Shown here piece by piece: positions 34,552 through 48,531 of a stretch of 64,000 bases of DNA (the stretch's first letter is position 1; each line of letters starts with the position of its first letter). The translations under genes and the position numbers were made by a program. The DNA lies in NCBI GenBank assembly GCA_964016885.1, contig OZ024740.1, forward strand, positions 234,608,001-234,672,000. Reading direction: 5' to 3'. This stretch comes from Eledone cirrhosa (lineage: Eukaryota). Under the pieces are notes generated by a model that had not been told where the DNA came from, searched no databases, and was given only the letters and a program-made list of their open reading frames with translations.

Positions 34552-35030
34552 AAATAATTGTTTCTACTTTTGGCACAAGGCCAGCAATTAACCAGTGTAT
34601 TACTGGTACTTTATTTTATCGACCCCATAGAATGAAAGGCAAAGTTAACCTCGGCGGGATTTGAACTCAGAATGGAAAGGGCAGTAGCTCTATGCGTCAA
34701 AGCATGGTGTCCGACCCTCTACCGATACTGCCAATCCACCGCCTCTTAAACTTTGAATAAATAATAAAATATATTTAATGAACAGCCATGAAATTTAGTA
34801 GATAAATTATGTAATATTCATTCATTATTTATTCAAAGGGCGGTGGATTGGCAGTATCGGTAGAGGGTCGGACGCCATGCTTTCCAGCATAGTTACGTCC
34901 CTTTACGATCTGAGTTCAAATCCCGCCAAGGTTGACTTTGCCTTTCATCCTTACGGGGTCGATAAAATAAAGTACCAGTAATGCACTGGGTAATTGCTGG
35001 CCTTGTGCCTAAAGTAGAAACAATTATTTA
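34552..35030. mobile_element. Two tRNA-derived SINEs, head to head (34552-34745 minus; 34838-35030 plus), each with a ~15-bp TSD
   Basis: A and B boxes, core GCCTTTCATCCTTACGGGGTCGATAAAATAAAGTACC, and TSD ATTATTTATTCAAAG. Confidence 0.8.
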
Positions 35031-36101
35031 TTCAAAGTAATCCAACTTATTTTACTAATGGGATAAAAAATTATAAACCGTACGCAGTCCCACGCTTCTT
35101 ACTTTATTATAGTTTACATACACACATTAACACCAGGAAGCCACAAGCGGTCGCTCGCCCTACTAAAAATAGCAACCATTTTTTTCTAAATTCACATGCC
35201 ATCAACTTTGTAAAAAACGGAGGAACACATTAGTAATGTGTAGTCCTAGATAATCCTAAAATATATATTGTCACGGCCCTAATGTCGTTTGTCCTGGGAC
35301 CTATATATGAGTCGGAAACTCGGAATCAACAGGTACAGCAATATATATATATATATATACACACCCTTCTACCACCACTAACTCCCACCCACACATTCAC
35401 ATCTGACCACCCCACAACTAATATTACTAATATCCCCCAACCCACCTTCCCCCTCACCCACACACACGAACACACACCATCACACAAACACCCACCCACA
35501 CCTACGTACACACCGATACACCACCCACTCTTCACACCCAACCACCACTAACCCCCACTTACACACCCGCATTCAACACCCCCCCCCCTTCCCCACCACC
35601 AGTAATACTAACACCCTCTCTACCACACACACACACTCATATCCAAACACGCACACACACACACACACACCAGTACACTACACTCCTTCCTCCGTCCCCA
35701 ACACCTTTTCTCTCCCTCTCTCTCTCTCTCTCCCCGCTCCACCTACACCCCCTCACACACACATCCCACTAACACCTCCACTAACACCCCCACCCCATCC
35801 CCCACACCACCACCTTCTCCCTCCACCTTTCACACCTACCCTTCCTCTTCCCTGTCCACCGCACCTCTGCACACACACAGACACACAGTCCACACCACAT
35901 ACAGAACCTTTCTTTACCTGTCATCCTCCTCTACTGTGCGCGCACCCCACATCTCCCCACTTCCGCACTACCACACCAGGATTTCATATCACTGGTCATC
36001 GTTCCAGCTATCCATTCTACGACACGTGAAATCTCCAACATCTTGTCTCACACTCCATGGAAATATCTTAGGAACATACACACGAACAAACACTTACATT
36101 A

Positions 36102-36283
36102 TTGGCAGTATCGGTAGAGGGTCGGACGCCATGTTTTGCAGCAAACAGTTACGGCCCTTGCCATTCTGAGTTCAAATCCCGCCGAGGTTTACTTTGCCTT
36201 TCATCCTTACGGGGTCGATAAAATAAAGTACCAGTAATACACTGGTTAATTGCTGGCCTTGTGCCAAAAGTAGAAACAATTAT
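36102..36283 (+). mobile_element. tRNA-derived SINE
   Basis: Same family as 34838. Confidence 0.8.
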
Positions 36284-36496
36284 TTTCGAACCACGCCACA
36301 TACATCCACGCCACATATAAACACAAACTCACACGTGCGTATCCCCACATACACACACACACTCAGCCTCCGAACTCCCCCCTCCCCCCTCGCCCCCCCT
36401 CTCCATCCACACGCACACACCGATTTACACCCCACCCCATGTACACACCGGTTTCCCTATTCCCTGAACATGGAACCTCCTTCTTCCCCCAACATT

Positions 36497-36533
<37 letters not shown>

Positions 36534-36802
36534 ACACCTACACCCATACACAAACACCACATTCAGCCTTCCTCGCTCCGACCCCCCCCCCCCCTCCGAC
36601 CGACACCCCCCTCCACCCACCACCACCCTTACACGCCTCACACCCTTTCACCACTTGTTTATTTTTATTTTTATTTTTATTTGTACTTCTAAAAAATTTC
36701 CTTTACTCTCTAAAAAAATTGTTTTTCCTCCCTCCCCCCTTTTTAAAAAATATCTTTCCACCACTCCCCCACACACCGTCGGAACTCTCTTCCTACCCAC
36801 TG

Positions 36803-36840
36803 TTCTCCTGATGAAGGGCTTATGCCCGAAACGTCGTCCC
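36803..36840 (+). ncRNA. Minimal PLE-type hammerhead motif at the end of a C/A-rich PLE remnant (~35280-36927)
   Basis: CUGAUGA-A-GGGC-UUAU-GCCC-GAAA-CG-UC; helix I pairing is weak. Confidence 0.6.
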
Positions 36841-36959
36841 CCACCTCCCAATCTCAAGCGTGAAACTAATACAAATATCATTTGTACTGCCTCTCTGTTT
36901 TTTGCTCTCTGTTCATTTATTAAACCATATATATATATATATATATATATAATAAAATA

Positions 36960-37060
36960 TGTAAAAAAATACTGCAGGTAGCGCATGGATAACATGTAAT
37001 AAAATGAGTCCCTCATCAGTGATTTGCCGACGATCATAGATATTTCATTGCATTAAAAAT
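36960..37060 (-). mobile_element. Truncated diverged relative of the 22021 repeat (permuted HHR)
   Basis: AUUUUUAAUGCAAU-GAAAUAUCU-AUGAUCGUCGG-CAAAUCA-CUGAUGA-GGGAC aligns without gaps to the 22081-22131 motif. Confidence 0.6.
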
Positions 37061-37065
37061 ATATA

Positions 37066-37672
37066 TGGTGGCTGCAAACTCGTTTTCGAGTACGGCCACT
37101 ACTTTATATCCATGTAGGAGAACCCCTACCGATGCGCTGAACGAATGTGACTTTAGTCCGGCCAGCGACTTGAAAACTCTGGTACAAACACTACACTTGT
37201 GACAATTATTGACACATAGTGCTGGGCCCATGGTACCATGTGACGACAATTGCAGAGAGATCTCCAGATATAAAGCAATGCCTGTGCCGTGAAGCTTTTA
37301 TAGTGAGCAAAGGCACTGCACAAAGCCAGTCCCACTCTCTTAACCAAGATGATATTTACCAAAAAGAAGAACAAGTCAACATCATTGGATACCATCAGGG
37401 TTGCAGGTGTTATATCAGAGTTTTCCTTCTCCTAGAATTCTGCCTTGACAAAGGCTAAGGGGTCATCTCTCCCGGTGATTTTGGATGGCCATTGACTCTT
37501 AAGAACTCCTTTGCCCTTTGACAGGTTTTGTTTTTAGTCCTGCAGGATGTCCAAAGTCACCCTCCTCACCAACAAATCTTGGTGGGGTTGCCAGTTTAGT
37601 CGCCAACGACCCGACCATGAGACAGGTTGTATTGGGGTACATGTTACCAGTAGTACCAACTGGTGACCTGAC
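37066..37672 (-). mobile_element. Bipartite non-autonomous RTE-derived element, longest copy (~600 bp)
   Basis: 5' part contains CTAGGAGAAGGAAAACTCTG; 3' part encodes the C2H2 finger tail; followed on the plus strand by (CATA)n. Confidence 0.7.
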
Positions 37673-37964
37673 ATACATACATATATACATACATACATAC
37701 ATACATACATACATACATACATACATACATACATGCATACATACATACATAGACATACATACATACATACATACATAAATACATACATACATACATACAT
37801 ACATACATACATACATACATACATACATACATAGACATACATACATACATACATACATACATAGACATACATACATAGACATACATACATACATACATAC
37901 ATACATAGACATACATACATAGATATGTATATACATACATAGACATACATACATACATATATAA

Positions 37965-38004
<40 letters not shown>

Positions 38005-38019
38005 AGGAAAATAACAGAT

Positions 38020-38028
38020 GCAGCGGTG

Positions 38029-38060
<32 letters not shown>

Positions 38061-38845
38061 AGAAGAAGAAGAAGAAGAAGAAGAAGAAGAAGAAGACATT
38101 AAAAATCATCTTCATTATCGTCGTCATCAACATCACCACTATCATCGTCATGACCCTCATCCTCATCCTCATCATCACCATCGCCATCACCATCGCCATC
38201 ACCACCGCCATCATCACCATCGCCATCACCACCGCCATCATCATTATCATCATCACCACCGCGATCGTTGTCATCATTGTTATTGACATCACCATCATCA
38301 TCATCATCATCACCCCCATCATTATCATCATCATAATCGCCACCACCACCACCACCACCACCACCACCATCACCACCACCACCATCACCACCACCACCAC
38401 CACCACCACCACTACCATCATCATCACCATCATCATCGCTACCACCACTACCACCACCACCACCACCACCACCACCACCACTACCATCATCATCACCACC
38501 ACCACCACCACCACCACCACCACCACCATCACCACCATCACCATCACCACCACCACCATCACCACCACCACCACCGCCACCACCACCACCACCATCACCA
38601 CCATCACCATCACCACCATACCATCACCACCACCACCACCACCACCACCACCACCACCACCACCACCACCACCACTACCATCATCATCACCACCACCACC
38701 ACCACCACCACCACCACCACCATCACCACCATCACCACCACCACCATACCATCACCACCACCACCACCACCACCACCACCACCACCACCACCACCACCAC
38801 CACCACCACCACCACCATCATCATCACCACCATCATCAACACCAA
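38020..38845. repeat. Compound triplet microsatellite (CAG)n(GAA)n(CAT/CAC)n
   Basis: Direct inspection. Confidence 0.95.
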
Positions 38846-39094
38846 GATCAGCTTACTCAGCATGGGTTTAAATATCGACTGCAGAAGTGCGTGGTGCACC
38901 ATTACCACTGCAACAGTGTTCTGCCTGCTATGTATAGAATAGCTGCAGCCAACATGTGCTATGTCAGCTTGCCATTTATTGCACAACTACTGTGCATAGG
39001 TGCAATACTATACCTGTATATTGTTGTCTCAACCAATACACGTGCGCGCCCACACGCGCGAGCACCCACATGCAAGCGCGCAGTTTAAACATGT

Positions 39095-39213
39095 TTAAAC
39101 GGCTTGAGCTCTGCCGTCGGGGTCATACCGTTTCCTATTACCCACTCTACTACCCTAAGTATTGAGTACTCTGGTGCGTTATGGTCCATCTGGTTCCTTA
39201 CCACAACTCCCTC

Positions 39214-39218
<5 letters not shown>
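39095..39218 (+). mobile_element. Family A copy truncated at the HHR GAAA
   Basis: AAACGGCTTGAGCTCTGCCGTCGGGG...CCTTACCAC followed by (TA)n. Confidence 0.65.
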
Positions 39219-39295
<77 letters not shown>

Positions 39296-39297
39296 TA

Positions 39298-39416
<119 letters not shown>

Positions 39417-39440
39417 TATTACTATATATATATATATATA

Positions 39441-39642
39441 GTAATAATAATAAATGTGAAGACTAAAATCCAAAGCGGGCTCGAAAAGGATAAATATATA
39501 TCAAATATATAAGAACCGTAGAGCAAATATTTATTAAAATAACAGATTAAAGTTTAAGCAAAGAATCGCTGCTTTCACCCAGTTTCAGAAGATCCCGTTA
39601 AGGGTGAAAGCAGCGATTCTTTGCTTAAACTTTAATCTGTTA

Positions 39643-39650
<8 letters not shown>
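39441..39650 (-). mobile_element. Short palindromic element family B (also 39938-40074, 59829-60067, 60329-60396)
   Basis: 49-bp inverted arms (39532-39580 and 39602-39650); all copies lie in (TA)n. Confidence 0.65.
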
Positions 39651-39680
<30 letters not shown>

Positions 39681-39708
39681 TATTAAAATATTTATTATAT
39701 ATATATAT

Positions 39709-39798
<90 letters not shown>

Positions 39799-39909
39799 GT
39801 GAGGTTTTTTTAAACAAAATTAAAAATAACCGAACCGAGGTGTCCTACACAAGTGAAAGTATAAGGAAAAAAGATGAAATCAAAAATGCAGCTGCAGTCT
39901 TTTTTTAAG

Positions 39910-39940
<31 letters not shown>

Positions 39941-40080
39941 ATAAAAATAAATTTGAAGACTAAAATCCAAAGAGGGCTCGATAAGGATAAATATATATCA
40001 AATATATAAGAACCGTAAAGCAAATATTTATTAAAATAACAGATTAAACTTTAATCTGTTATTTTAATAAATATATATAT

Positions 40081-41156
40081 ATTTCGTTTCAGAATTTGTT
40101 TAGCAAAATTCTTTATCTGAAAATGTGTGTTGAAACCGATATTGTTATGCTTTGGGAGTGTCATGTTGCCACTAAGAAACACACGCACCAGTAGCTTTCA
40201 CTCCAATTTATTATAAATTAAATTTATAAATTTAAGAATTTATAAATTTCCGGTTGGTTGGTTGGTTGGTTCCATAACCGGACGGTTGTTCATATATTGT
40301 CAAAGTTCTTTCGTCACACATTCTGTGACCTCTTCAGTAACTGGGGATTCTTTTCTTTGTTTTGTGCCTCTCCTTTGTTCTGTCCTACGCCATCTTGTTT
40401 TTGTGTGTGTTGTGTGCTTAGTTTGCGTATGTTTTACATCCGGGTGTCTGTGTGTGTTTTTATTTGTCTATTTATTTGTTTATTTACATGTTACTGGTTG
40501 GTTGTTTGTTCTATGCGTGTGTGTGTTTTCATTTTGTCCTTAATTGTAAGTTGTGATGTTGCTATTCCATTCATGTTTTCTATTTAATTTGGGTTGGAGT
40601 TCATTTATGTTTATTGCCTCTGTGATTTGTCTAAACGTTGCGTCTTTTCTGTGTGTAGATTCTATTTTTATTTCTATGTTCTCTAATAGGCCCTTATGTT
40701 CTATTTTAGCATGTTGATGGAGTATTGATGATTCTTTTTTATCTTGAAGTTATCGCCAGTGTTCATTTAACCGTTTTCCTATACTACGAGCTGTCTAACC
40801 TATGTACACTATATTCTTATCTTTACATTGTCCTTCAGTACATCTTATGCTATATACTACATTTCTAGTTTTACAGTTAATATGGGGGCTTAGTTTACAG
40901 ATTATGCATTTCTTATCTATACAGGGAGGTCTTTGAAAAGGGTATGTATTGCTAATAAGTGTTTTTATGGAGGTACCTGGTCTTTCTACTATCTTAATAT
41001 TAAGTTTATGTTTATCTAGAGCCCTTCTAAATTTGTAGCTAATTCACCTCTAGGGGTTGTATTGATGAACATTACACTCTGGTATTTATTGCTATCATAC
41101 CATGAGTTTATTCTATTAACCTTATTCCTAGTTCTTTCTATTCTATTCCAAAATTG
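40081..41156 (-). mobile_element. PLE 3' fragment (same family as 62007-63990), with HHR at 40299-40341
   Basis: Reverse complement of 62905-63990. GUUA-CUGAAGA-G-GUCACA..UGUGAC-GAAA-GAAC-UU/UGAC. Confidence 0.8.
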
Positions 41157-41489
41157 GATGCTTCTGCATCTTTTATATCTCCATAGTTAATATTTATCAC
41201 TGACTGACCAACGGTCAAAAATACAGATATAAATATATATATATAATCTAACAAACTTCTTTCGTTGCCCATCTGCAACATCACCAGTAGTACTATTATC
41301 ATGTTCCCGTCTGTGTTCTGTTATTATTTCTGGCAATAAAATTACAACAATATGACCCTCCTCAAATATAACAATATATATATATATATATAATATATAA
41401 ATATATATATATATATGTATGTATTTATGTATGTATATATATGTATATATATATATTTATATTTATATAAATATATATTTATATATATA

Positions 41490-41589
41490 CAGGGTGTCCC
41501 AAAAAATGTATACAAACTTCAAGAGTATTCTAATAAATATTGCCTGTACTGGTAATCAAAATTTGTATACATTTTTAGGAGACACCTTG
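41490..41589. mobile_element. Tc1/mariner MITE (100 bp)
   Basis: TA|CAGGGTGTCCCAAAAAATGTATACAAA...TTTGTATACATTTTTAGGAGACACCTTG|TA. Confidence 0.8.
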
Positions 41590-41632
41590 TATATAAGATT
41601 ATAATTGTGTGTGTGTATATATATATATAATG

Positions 41633-41747
<115 letters not shown>

Positions 41748-42515
41748 ATATATATATAGATATATATAGTATTAAGGGTACTATTTATGGTTATGTATAA
41801 ACTATAACTTTTTATAGTTACATATATTTTAAACCCTAAACAGTGAAAGACAGTAATGTATTACTACCTTATTACCAGTAAGATAAATAGCTCAATGTAA
41901 TAACATCAGTTGTTCTACAGAGCAGTTGGATTAAAGAACACTGAGCTGCAACAAGCTGTAATAATCTAACCTAATACATCAAACATCCAATACTGAATCA
42001 TCGTTAATTATGTGAAGGACATATAATCTATATATTACGTTTCCTAGATTGTGAAAATAGTGGTGTTTTCAAAAACCATAACATTATTTTGCTTCTCATT
42101 CTTAATATTCCTCTGCACACAAGCTTCTTTATCATACATAAAAAATACTTTACCAGTACAACCCCCATAATACTCTTGATTACCCGCTTAAAGTGCTTGT
42201 ATTGCATATAACACATTGCCGCACAATAATCTTATATAAATAAGACACACGTGCATGCCCCACGTGTAACTATTGCATACACTAACTACTTCAAACTATC
42301 CTCTTGCATTATCTTCGTAAACTGCCGATGTTGTATTTTAACTTTAATTTTGTATTTTAACTTTAATTTTGTTTTAATTTTGTCTTAATATGATTTTAAT
42401 TTTTGAATTTAAATTGCCATGCAAAAATATTATAATGGATGTCACCCCACATATGTTTCTTTATGTCTCTTGTGTTGGAAAGGAGGTCATGTATGTAAAC
42501 AATCATTGAAAAATT

Positions 42516-42560
42516 GCTCCGAAGACTCCAAACCTCGGTTTGGACGAAACAATTGTAAGC
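42516..42560 (+). ncRNA. Hammerhead motif with a U4>C core mutation
   Basis: GCU-CCGAAGA-C-UCCAAAC-CUCG-GUUUGGA-C-GAAA-CAAUUG-UA/AGC. Confidence 0.65.
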
Positions 42561-42595
42561 TAATAAATGGTTTGAACAGAACTTTGATTCATGTG

Positions 42596-42637
<42 letters not shown>

Positions 42638-42639
<2 letters not shown>

Positions 42640-42737
42640 CGAAGGAAATGTGGTAAGGAACCAGGTGGACCATAACGCACCAAAGATATGAATTAGCCGT
42701 CGAAACGGCTTGAGCTCAGCCGTCGGGGTCTTACTGG

Positions 42738-42740
<3 letters not shown>
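42638..42740. mobile_element. Family A rearranged copy
   Basis: Inverted tail joined to GAATTAGCCGTCGAAACGGCTTGAGCTCAGCCGTCGGGG; lies in (TA)n. Confidence 0.6.
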
Positions 42741-42780
<40 letters not shown>

Positions 42781-42814
42781 CGACTTTCGTCAAATCGGAC
42801 CGAGGAAACAATGT

Positions 42815-42992
42815 TTCCATTGGTCTTTCCAGTTGCTAATACTATCTATCGGTCGCAACTCTAGGTAGAAGGAGCAATGTGAAATAAAGTGTCTTGCTCA
42901 AGGACATAACCCATCGCCCGGTCCTGGAATCGAACTGAGAACCTCACGATTGTGAATCCAATCCTCTAACCACTCAGCCACACGCCTTCACA
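42815..42992 (-). mobile_element. tRNA-derived SINE 5' half (second family)
   Basis: Reverse complement shows GGCGTGTGGCTGAGTGGTTAG (A box) and GTTCGATTCC (B box). Confidence 0.65.
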
Positions 42993-43007
42993 AATATATA
43001 TATATAT

Positions 43008-43379
43008 GACTTTTTAGTCCAGCCAGCGACTTGAAAACTCTGGTACAAACACTACACTTGTGACAATTACTGACACATAGTGCTGGGCCCATGGTACCAT
43101 GTGATGACAAGTGCAGAGAGATCTCCAGATATAAAGCAATGCCTGTGCCATGAAGCTTTTATAGTGAGCAAAGGCACTGCACAAAGCCAGTCCCACTCTC
43201 TTAACCAAGCTGATATTTACCAAAAAGAAGAACAAGTCAACATCATTGGATACCATCAGGGTTGCAGGTGTTATATCAGAGTTTTCCTTCTCCTAGAATT
43301 CTGCCTTGTCAAAGGCTAAGGGGTCATCTCTCCCGGTGATTTTGGATGGCCATTGACTCTTAAGAGCTCCTTTGCCCTT
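43008..43379 (-). mobile_element. Bipartite RTE-derived element, partial
   Basis: Matches 37148-37518. Confidence 0.7.
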
Positions 43380-43690
43380 ATATATATATATACAAACATA
43401 CATACATACATAACTACATGCATACATAAATGCATACATGCATACACACATGCATGCATACATACATACACACACACATACATATATGCATACATACATA
43501 AATGCATACATACATACATGCAAAAATACATACATATATGCATGCATACATACATAAACACGTACATACATACATAAACACATACATCCATACATACACA
43601 TATACATGTATGTATGTATGTATGTATGTATGTATGTATGTATGTATGTATATACATACACACATACATACATACACACATACATACATA

Positions 43691-46360
43691 CAAGATAAGA
43701 AAACACCAGGAAGAGACACGATTGTCAGCTACTGCTACAAAAAACTGATATTCTATCGGAGGAATATTATCGACCTCTACCAACAAGTTCTCAAGGGAGA
43801 TACACATGTACCAGAATGATTGACATTAGCACAAACATTACTGGTCCCCAAGAACAAAGACACCCACTTGGCAAAACACTACCTACCCATTGCATGCCAG
43901 AACCTGATGTATAAGATGTATACAGCCTGTCAGAACCTATTTATCCAAGATCACTGTGAAAATAATAACATCATCACAGATGAACAAGCAGCTGGAAAGG
44001 AAGGGGTTTGGGGATGTGCTGAACAACTCCTAATCAACAAAACTGCGATGTCGGAGGTGTGACAACTTAGGAGGAATATGGCTACAGTCTGGCTGGACTA
44101 CAGGAAAGCTTTCGATTATGTTCCCCACTCTTGGATGATAGAAGCCCTCCGACTTGCTAAAGTCCCAGACATTATTATCAGAGCCATATAGAGGCTGTCT
44201 TCTTCTTTGGCTACTATCCTAAAGTTAAAAATAGAGAAGAACTCTATTTTCACTGATAAAATAGAATCTCACAGGGGCATACTATTTATCCTGTCATTAA
44301 ACCCCTTGTCCTTTCTGCTCAAGAAATGTGAAGGATACATCATTGGCTCACAGGAGGACGGAAATACGAACTTAACCCATAATTTCTTTGTGGATGATCT
44401 GAAACTCTATGCTAAGGACATAAATGGAATTTTTAAAAATCTTAACCTGGTTATAACATTCTCAAAGGATATAGGAATAGAGTTTGGCCAAGATAAATGT
44501 TCATATATGACTGTAAAGCGGGGGAAAACTACAACCCAATCTAGCAACATTTTTATCAATGGCCTAACTGTTTCACCGATATCTGACGAGAACTGCTACA
44601 GATACCCGGAGATAGATTAGAATATAGCCTATAATGGTATTTGTAATAAGGAACGCGTAACCAGGGAATATTACACCCCATTAAGAAAAATATCGCCATA
44701 AGAACTCTTTGCGCCCAATAAGACAGTGGCTCACAATATGTTTGCTGTGCTTGTCCTAACACCAACGTTTGAAATACTCGATTGGACAATATACGAAATC
44801 CGAGCAATTGATGTTAAAAATTCTAAACAACACCGGACACTTCCACATCAACAGTAACATAGACCGCCTCTACTTGAAACGTAAGCAGGGAAGCAGAGGC
44901 CTAACATCAGTCCAGGCAGCATTTGAGTGTCGCATCAAATCCTCCTGATAACATTTACGAACCTCGAAACGTAAGAACCCGTCTCTCGAGAAAGTCTATC
45001 TGCATGAGGCAGATAAGATCATGAGAGTTGGCAACGAACTCATTGAAAGATACTCCTCGCATCATAATCAAAAACTCACACCTAGGGAAATTGCCCAGCA
45101 ATATTGCAGTGAACCCATGGATGAAAAACTGCATACTTATCAGCAAAAGATCATGCATGGATATGTTGCCAGGAAGCTCCAGAGTGAGAGTAATATAGAT
45201 AAACAAAGTAGTCTATCTTGGACCAACAATCGCTATATTGGATCTCTCCTTGAAGGATATGCTTTTGCAATCCAAGAACAGGAAATCAGCACAAAATAAC
45301 TGATTCACAAAAGAGATAGGGATGCAGGCAAAACACCTAGATGTGACAACAAGTGCAGACTCTGCAGAATTAACATCGAAGGTGTCACTCATGCCATAAG
45401 CAGCTGTCCAAAGATGTCATCACGACACTATCTACCTATGAGGCATGATGTAGTGGCCAAAACATTGTACAATGCAATCCCTAGAAAAGATAACCTCGAC
45501 AATAAACACATTAAAAGCTACAGCAATGTGGAAGATATACCTATACATAATATGGTGGAATGTTCCAGTAAAACCCAAATAAATTGCAGGCATAACAGAC
45601 CAGATATAATGATATGGGACAGGGAGAAGAAGGCATGCACAGTAGTGGAAGTTAGCTGCCCAGCAGATGCCAATGTAATATTAAAGATTAGCGAAAAAGA
45701 GAATATCTATGCAGAAGTAATGAGAAACCTACAGATACTACACCCTGATTATGTCTATGGATATGAAAATATGTGTGTGTATAAGCTTATATGTATAAAA
45801 CATTACCACATGTAGATTTGTGAATATACCTCTCTGCGTGTGTATGTGTGTATTTAGCTAAAGCTCAGCAATGTGTATATGTGTGTGTATGTGAAGGTGC
45901 GTAGCTTAGTGGTTACGGTGTTCAGCTCTCTGTAATATGGTCGTACCGTCTTAGGGAGGCGTGTTGGTCCCTGCGCAAGACACTTTATTTTATATACTTG
46001 GGATATGTTAGTAACTGCCTCAGTACAAATCTTGAGAAATTACAATTAGAATCCAGTAAAAATATGTAAACATTCAAAAAATTCTGTAAAAATATGTAAA
46101 ACATTCAAAAGATTCTGCATCTAATAACTGCATATACACTTGTACAGAAACAAAGCATATGCACAAGCACACATATATCTCAAAACACACATCCACACAT
46201 ACAATAACATCCATACCAACACACACATGTATGCATGCAGACATGCATATCTACCTAGTTGATGTTGTGTAAATTCCAATGAGAGAGTCTTGTATCTATG
46301 TTAGAAAGCCACTCTCTCTCTCTCTATTGACAAAAATTTGTGAAATTATAAAACCAGAAC
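43691..46360 (+). pseudogene. Decayed R4/Dong-clade non-LTR retrotransposon (RT, CCHC and restriction-like endonuclease) in (CATA)n
   Basis: EQAAG, WLDYRKAFDYVPH, FFVDDLKLY, AIQEQEI, CRLC..H..SSC, RHD and HNRPDI...VEVSCP; multiple stops and frameshifts. Confidence 0.85.
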
Positions 46361-46425
46361 ATACATACATACATACATACATACATACATACATACATAC
46401 ATACATACATACATACATACATACA

Positions 46426-47172
46426 TAAAAACTGCCACCAAATTAAAGCACAACCGGCCTGATATTGTAGTTTGGGACCACACATTGAAAACGTGTTCTG
46501 TTGTGGAGATCAGCTGCCCACTTGATGTAAACGTTGTCAGAAAAATACAGGAGAAGGAGGACATCTACGGACCATTGATGAGGAGCTTACAAATCCAGTA
46601 TCCAAGATACACCTTTAGCTTCATACCCATCATTATTGGTGCTACGGGTTATATACCAACCCGCTTGGACCAAAGTATGACCGAACTTGGATTTGCGGAC
46701 AAAAAGCGCAGCTCCCTAATTCATAGTCTACAAATGGCTGCGATAGCTGGCACCTTCAAAATATGCAAAACATTCTTGCGATTCAAGGGATGACAATTTC
46801 TTTTCTTTTACAACCTTGCCACCAGGAAGGTGGCCGGTCAAAAAAATATACTCGAAATTAAGAGAAAGAGAAAACATACATACATACAAATCCAGTATCC
46901 AAGATACACCTTTAGCTTCATACCCATCATTATTGGTGCTACGGGTTATATACCAACCCGCTTGAACCAAAGTATGACTGAACTTGGATTTGCGGACAAA
47001 AAGCGCAGCTCCCTAATTCATAGTCTGCAAATGGCTGCGATAGCTGGCACCTTCAAAATTTGCAAAACATTCTTGCGATTCAAGGGATGACAATTTCTTT
47101 TCTTTTACAACCTTGCTACCAGGAAGGTGGCCGGTCAAAAAAATATACTCGAAATTAAGAGAAAGAGAAAAC
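46426..47172 (+). mobile_element. Two tandem 3' fragments of a second R4/Dong family (46426-46873 and 46885-47172)
   Basis: KHNRPDIVVWD..CSVVEISCPLD; identical 3' end GAGAAAGAGAAAA followed by (CATA)n. Confidence 0.8.
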
Positions 47173-47394
47173 ATACATACATACATACATACAAAATTGT
47201 GCAAAATGTTTAACACATAACCTGCCAATATATAACTAAGTTCGTATGGGAGCATTTGTGTCTGTCGGTGGTAGCATGGCTGAAGGGGTCAGAAGAGCGC
47301 TTCGTGGCCATGAAGTCCCAACTTCGATTCCACGTTGCACAAGTCAGCACATAGGCTTAGTAAGTTAAATTAAATTGATGGAAATGATTTAGAG

Positions 47395-47564
47395 CAGTGG
47401 TTGCCAACCTTTCGGACCTCACGGACCACTGAATCCGTAATTTCAAATCCCGCGGACCACTAATATGAACTTATTAAGGCAAATACATTAAAATGTTTCT
47501 GTCGACCACCAACATTTTCTCTCGGAGCACCAGTGGTCCGCGGACCACCGGTTGGCGACTGCTG
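47395..47564. mobile_element. hAT (Charlie-like) MITE
   Basis: CAGTGGTTGCCAACC...GGTTGGCGACTGCTG; flanks resemble an NTNTAGAG target. Confidence 0.65.
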
Positions 47565-48111
47565 TGTAGAGGATCGTCTGATAATATATACCAGTAATTG
47601 ATAGGGTCAGCCATGTCACGTTGACTTTGCCAGAGAATAATATTAAACGTACACGTGTTTGTGGAAACCTCACTCACTTACATACTATTTCAGTGAGTGG
47701 GCATTTCAGTTGGATGAACAACTGTATGCTCACCATCGCAGCTGACGGAAGACCCATTTAGTTTATGTGTCTACAAAAGTGAGTGGGTGGGCCATCAGGT
47801 GTGACTGTATGTATTACGTATGTATATGTAGGTGTGTGTGTACATTACATATATATACATATATATATATATATGCGTATGTGTGTGTGTGTATATATCT
47901 GTATGTATGTGTATATATATATATATATGCACACACACACACATATATATATGTGTTTGTGTGTGTGTCTGTCTGTGTGTGCATATATTATAGAAATGAC
48001 TTCTACAGAACTATAAAATCTTCCGGAATCAGGAATTTCCTAGTCATTTTGTACGAATGAAACAGTTTTAGTCTTGTAGAAATCATTTCTTTATAAATAT
48101 CTATCTATCTA

Positions 48112-48174
<63 letters not shown>

Positions 48175-48210
48175 GTATATAATACACACTTACACACACA
48201 CAAACACACA

Positions 48211-48288
<78 letters not shown>

Positions 48289-48347
48289 ATATATAATACA
48301 CATATATATATAACATATATATATTATGTGTGTATTATAAATATATA

Positions 48348-48394
<47 letters not shown>

Positions 48395-48422
48395 ATATAT
48401 ATATATATATATATATACATAC

Positions 48423-48505
<83 letters not shown>

Positions 48506-48531
48506 TAAACGGAATATATATATATATATAT

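Noticed and set aside
38845-39090. Non-repetitive stretch that could be a host exon (similarly 58860-59280)
   Set aside because: No recognisable protein motif or convincing splice-bounded frame; cannot be supported without transcript data.
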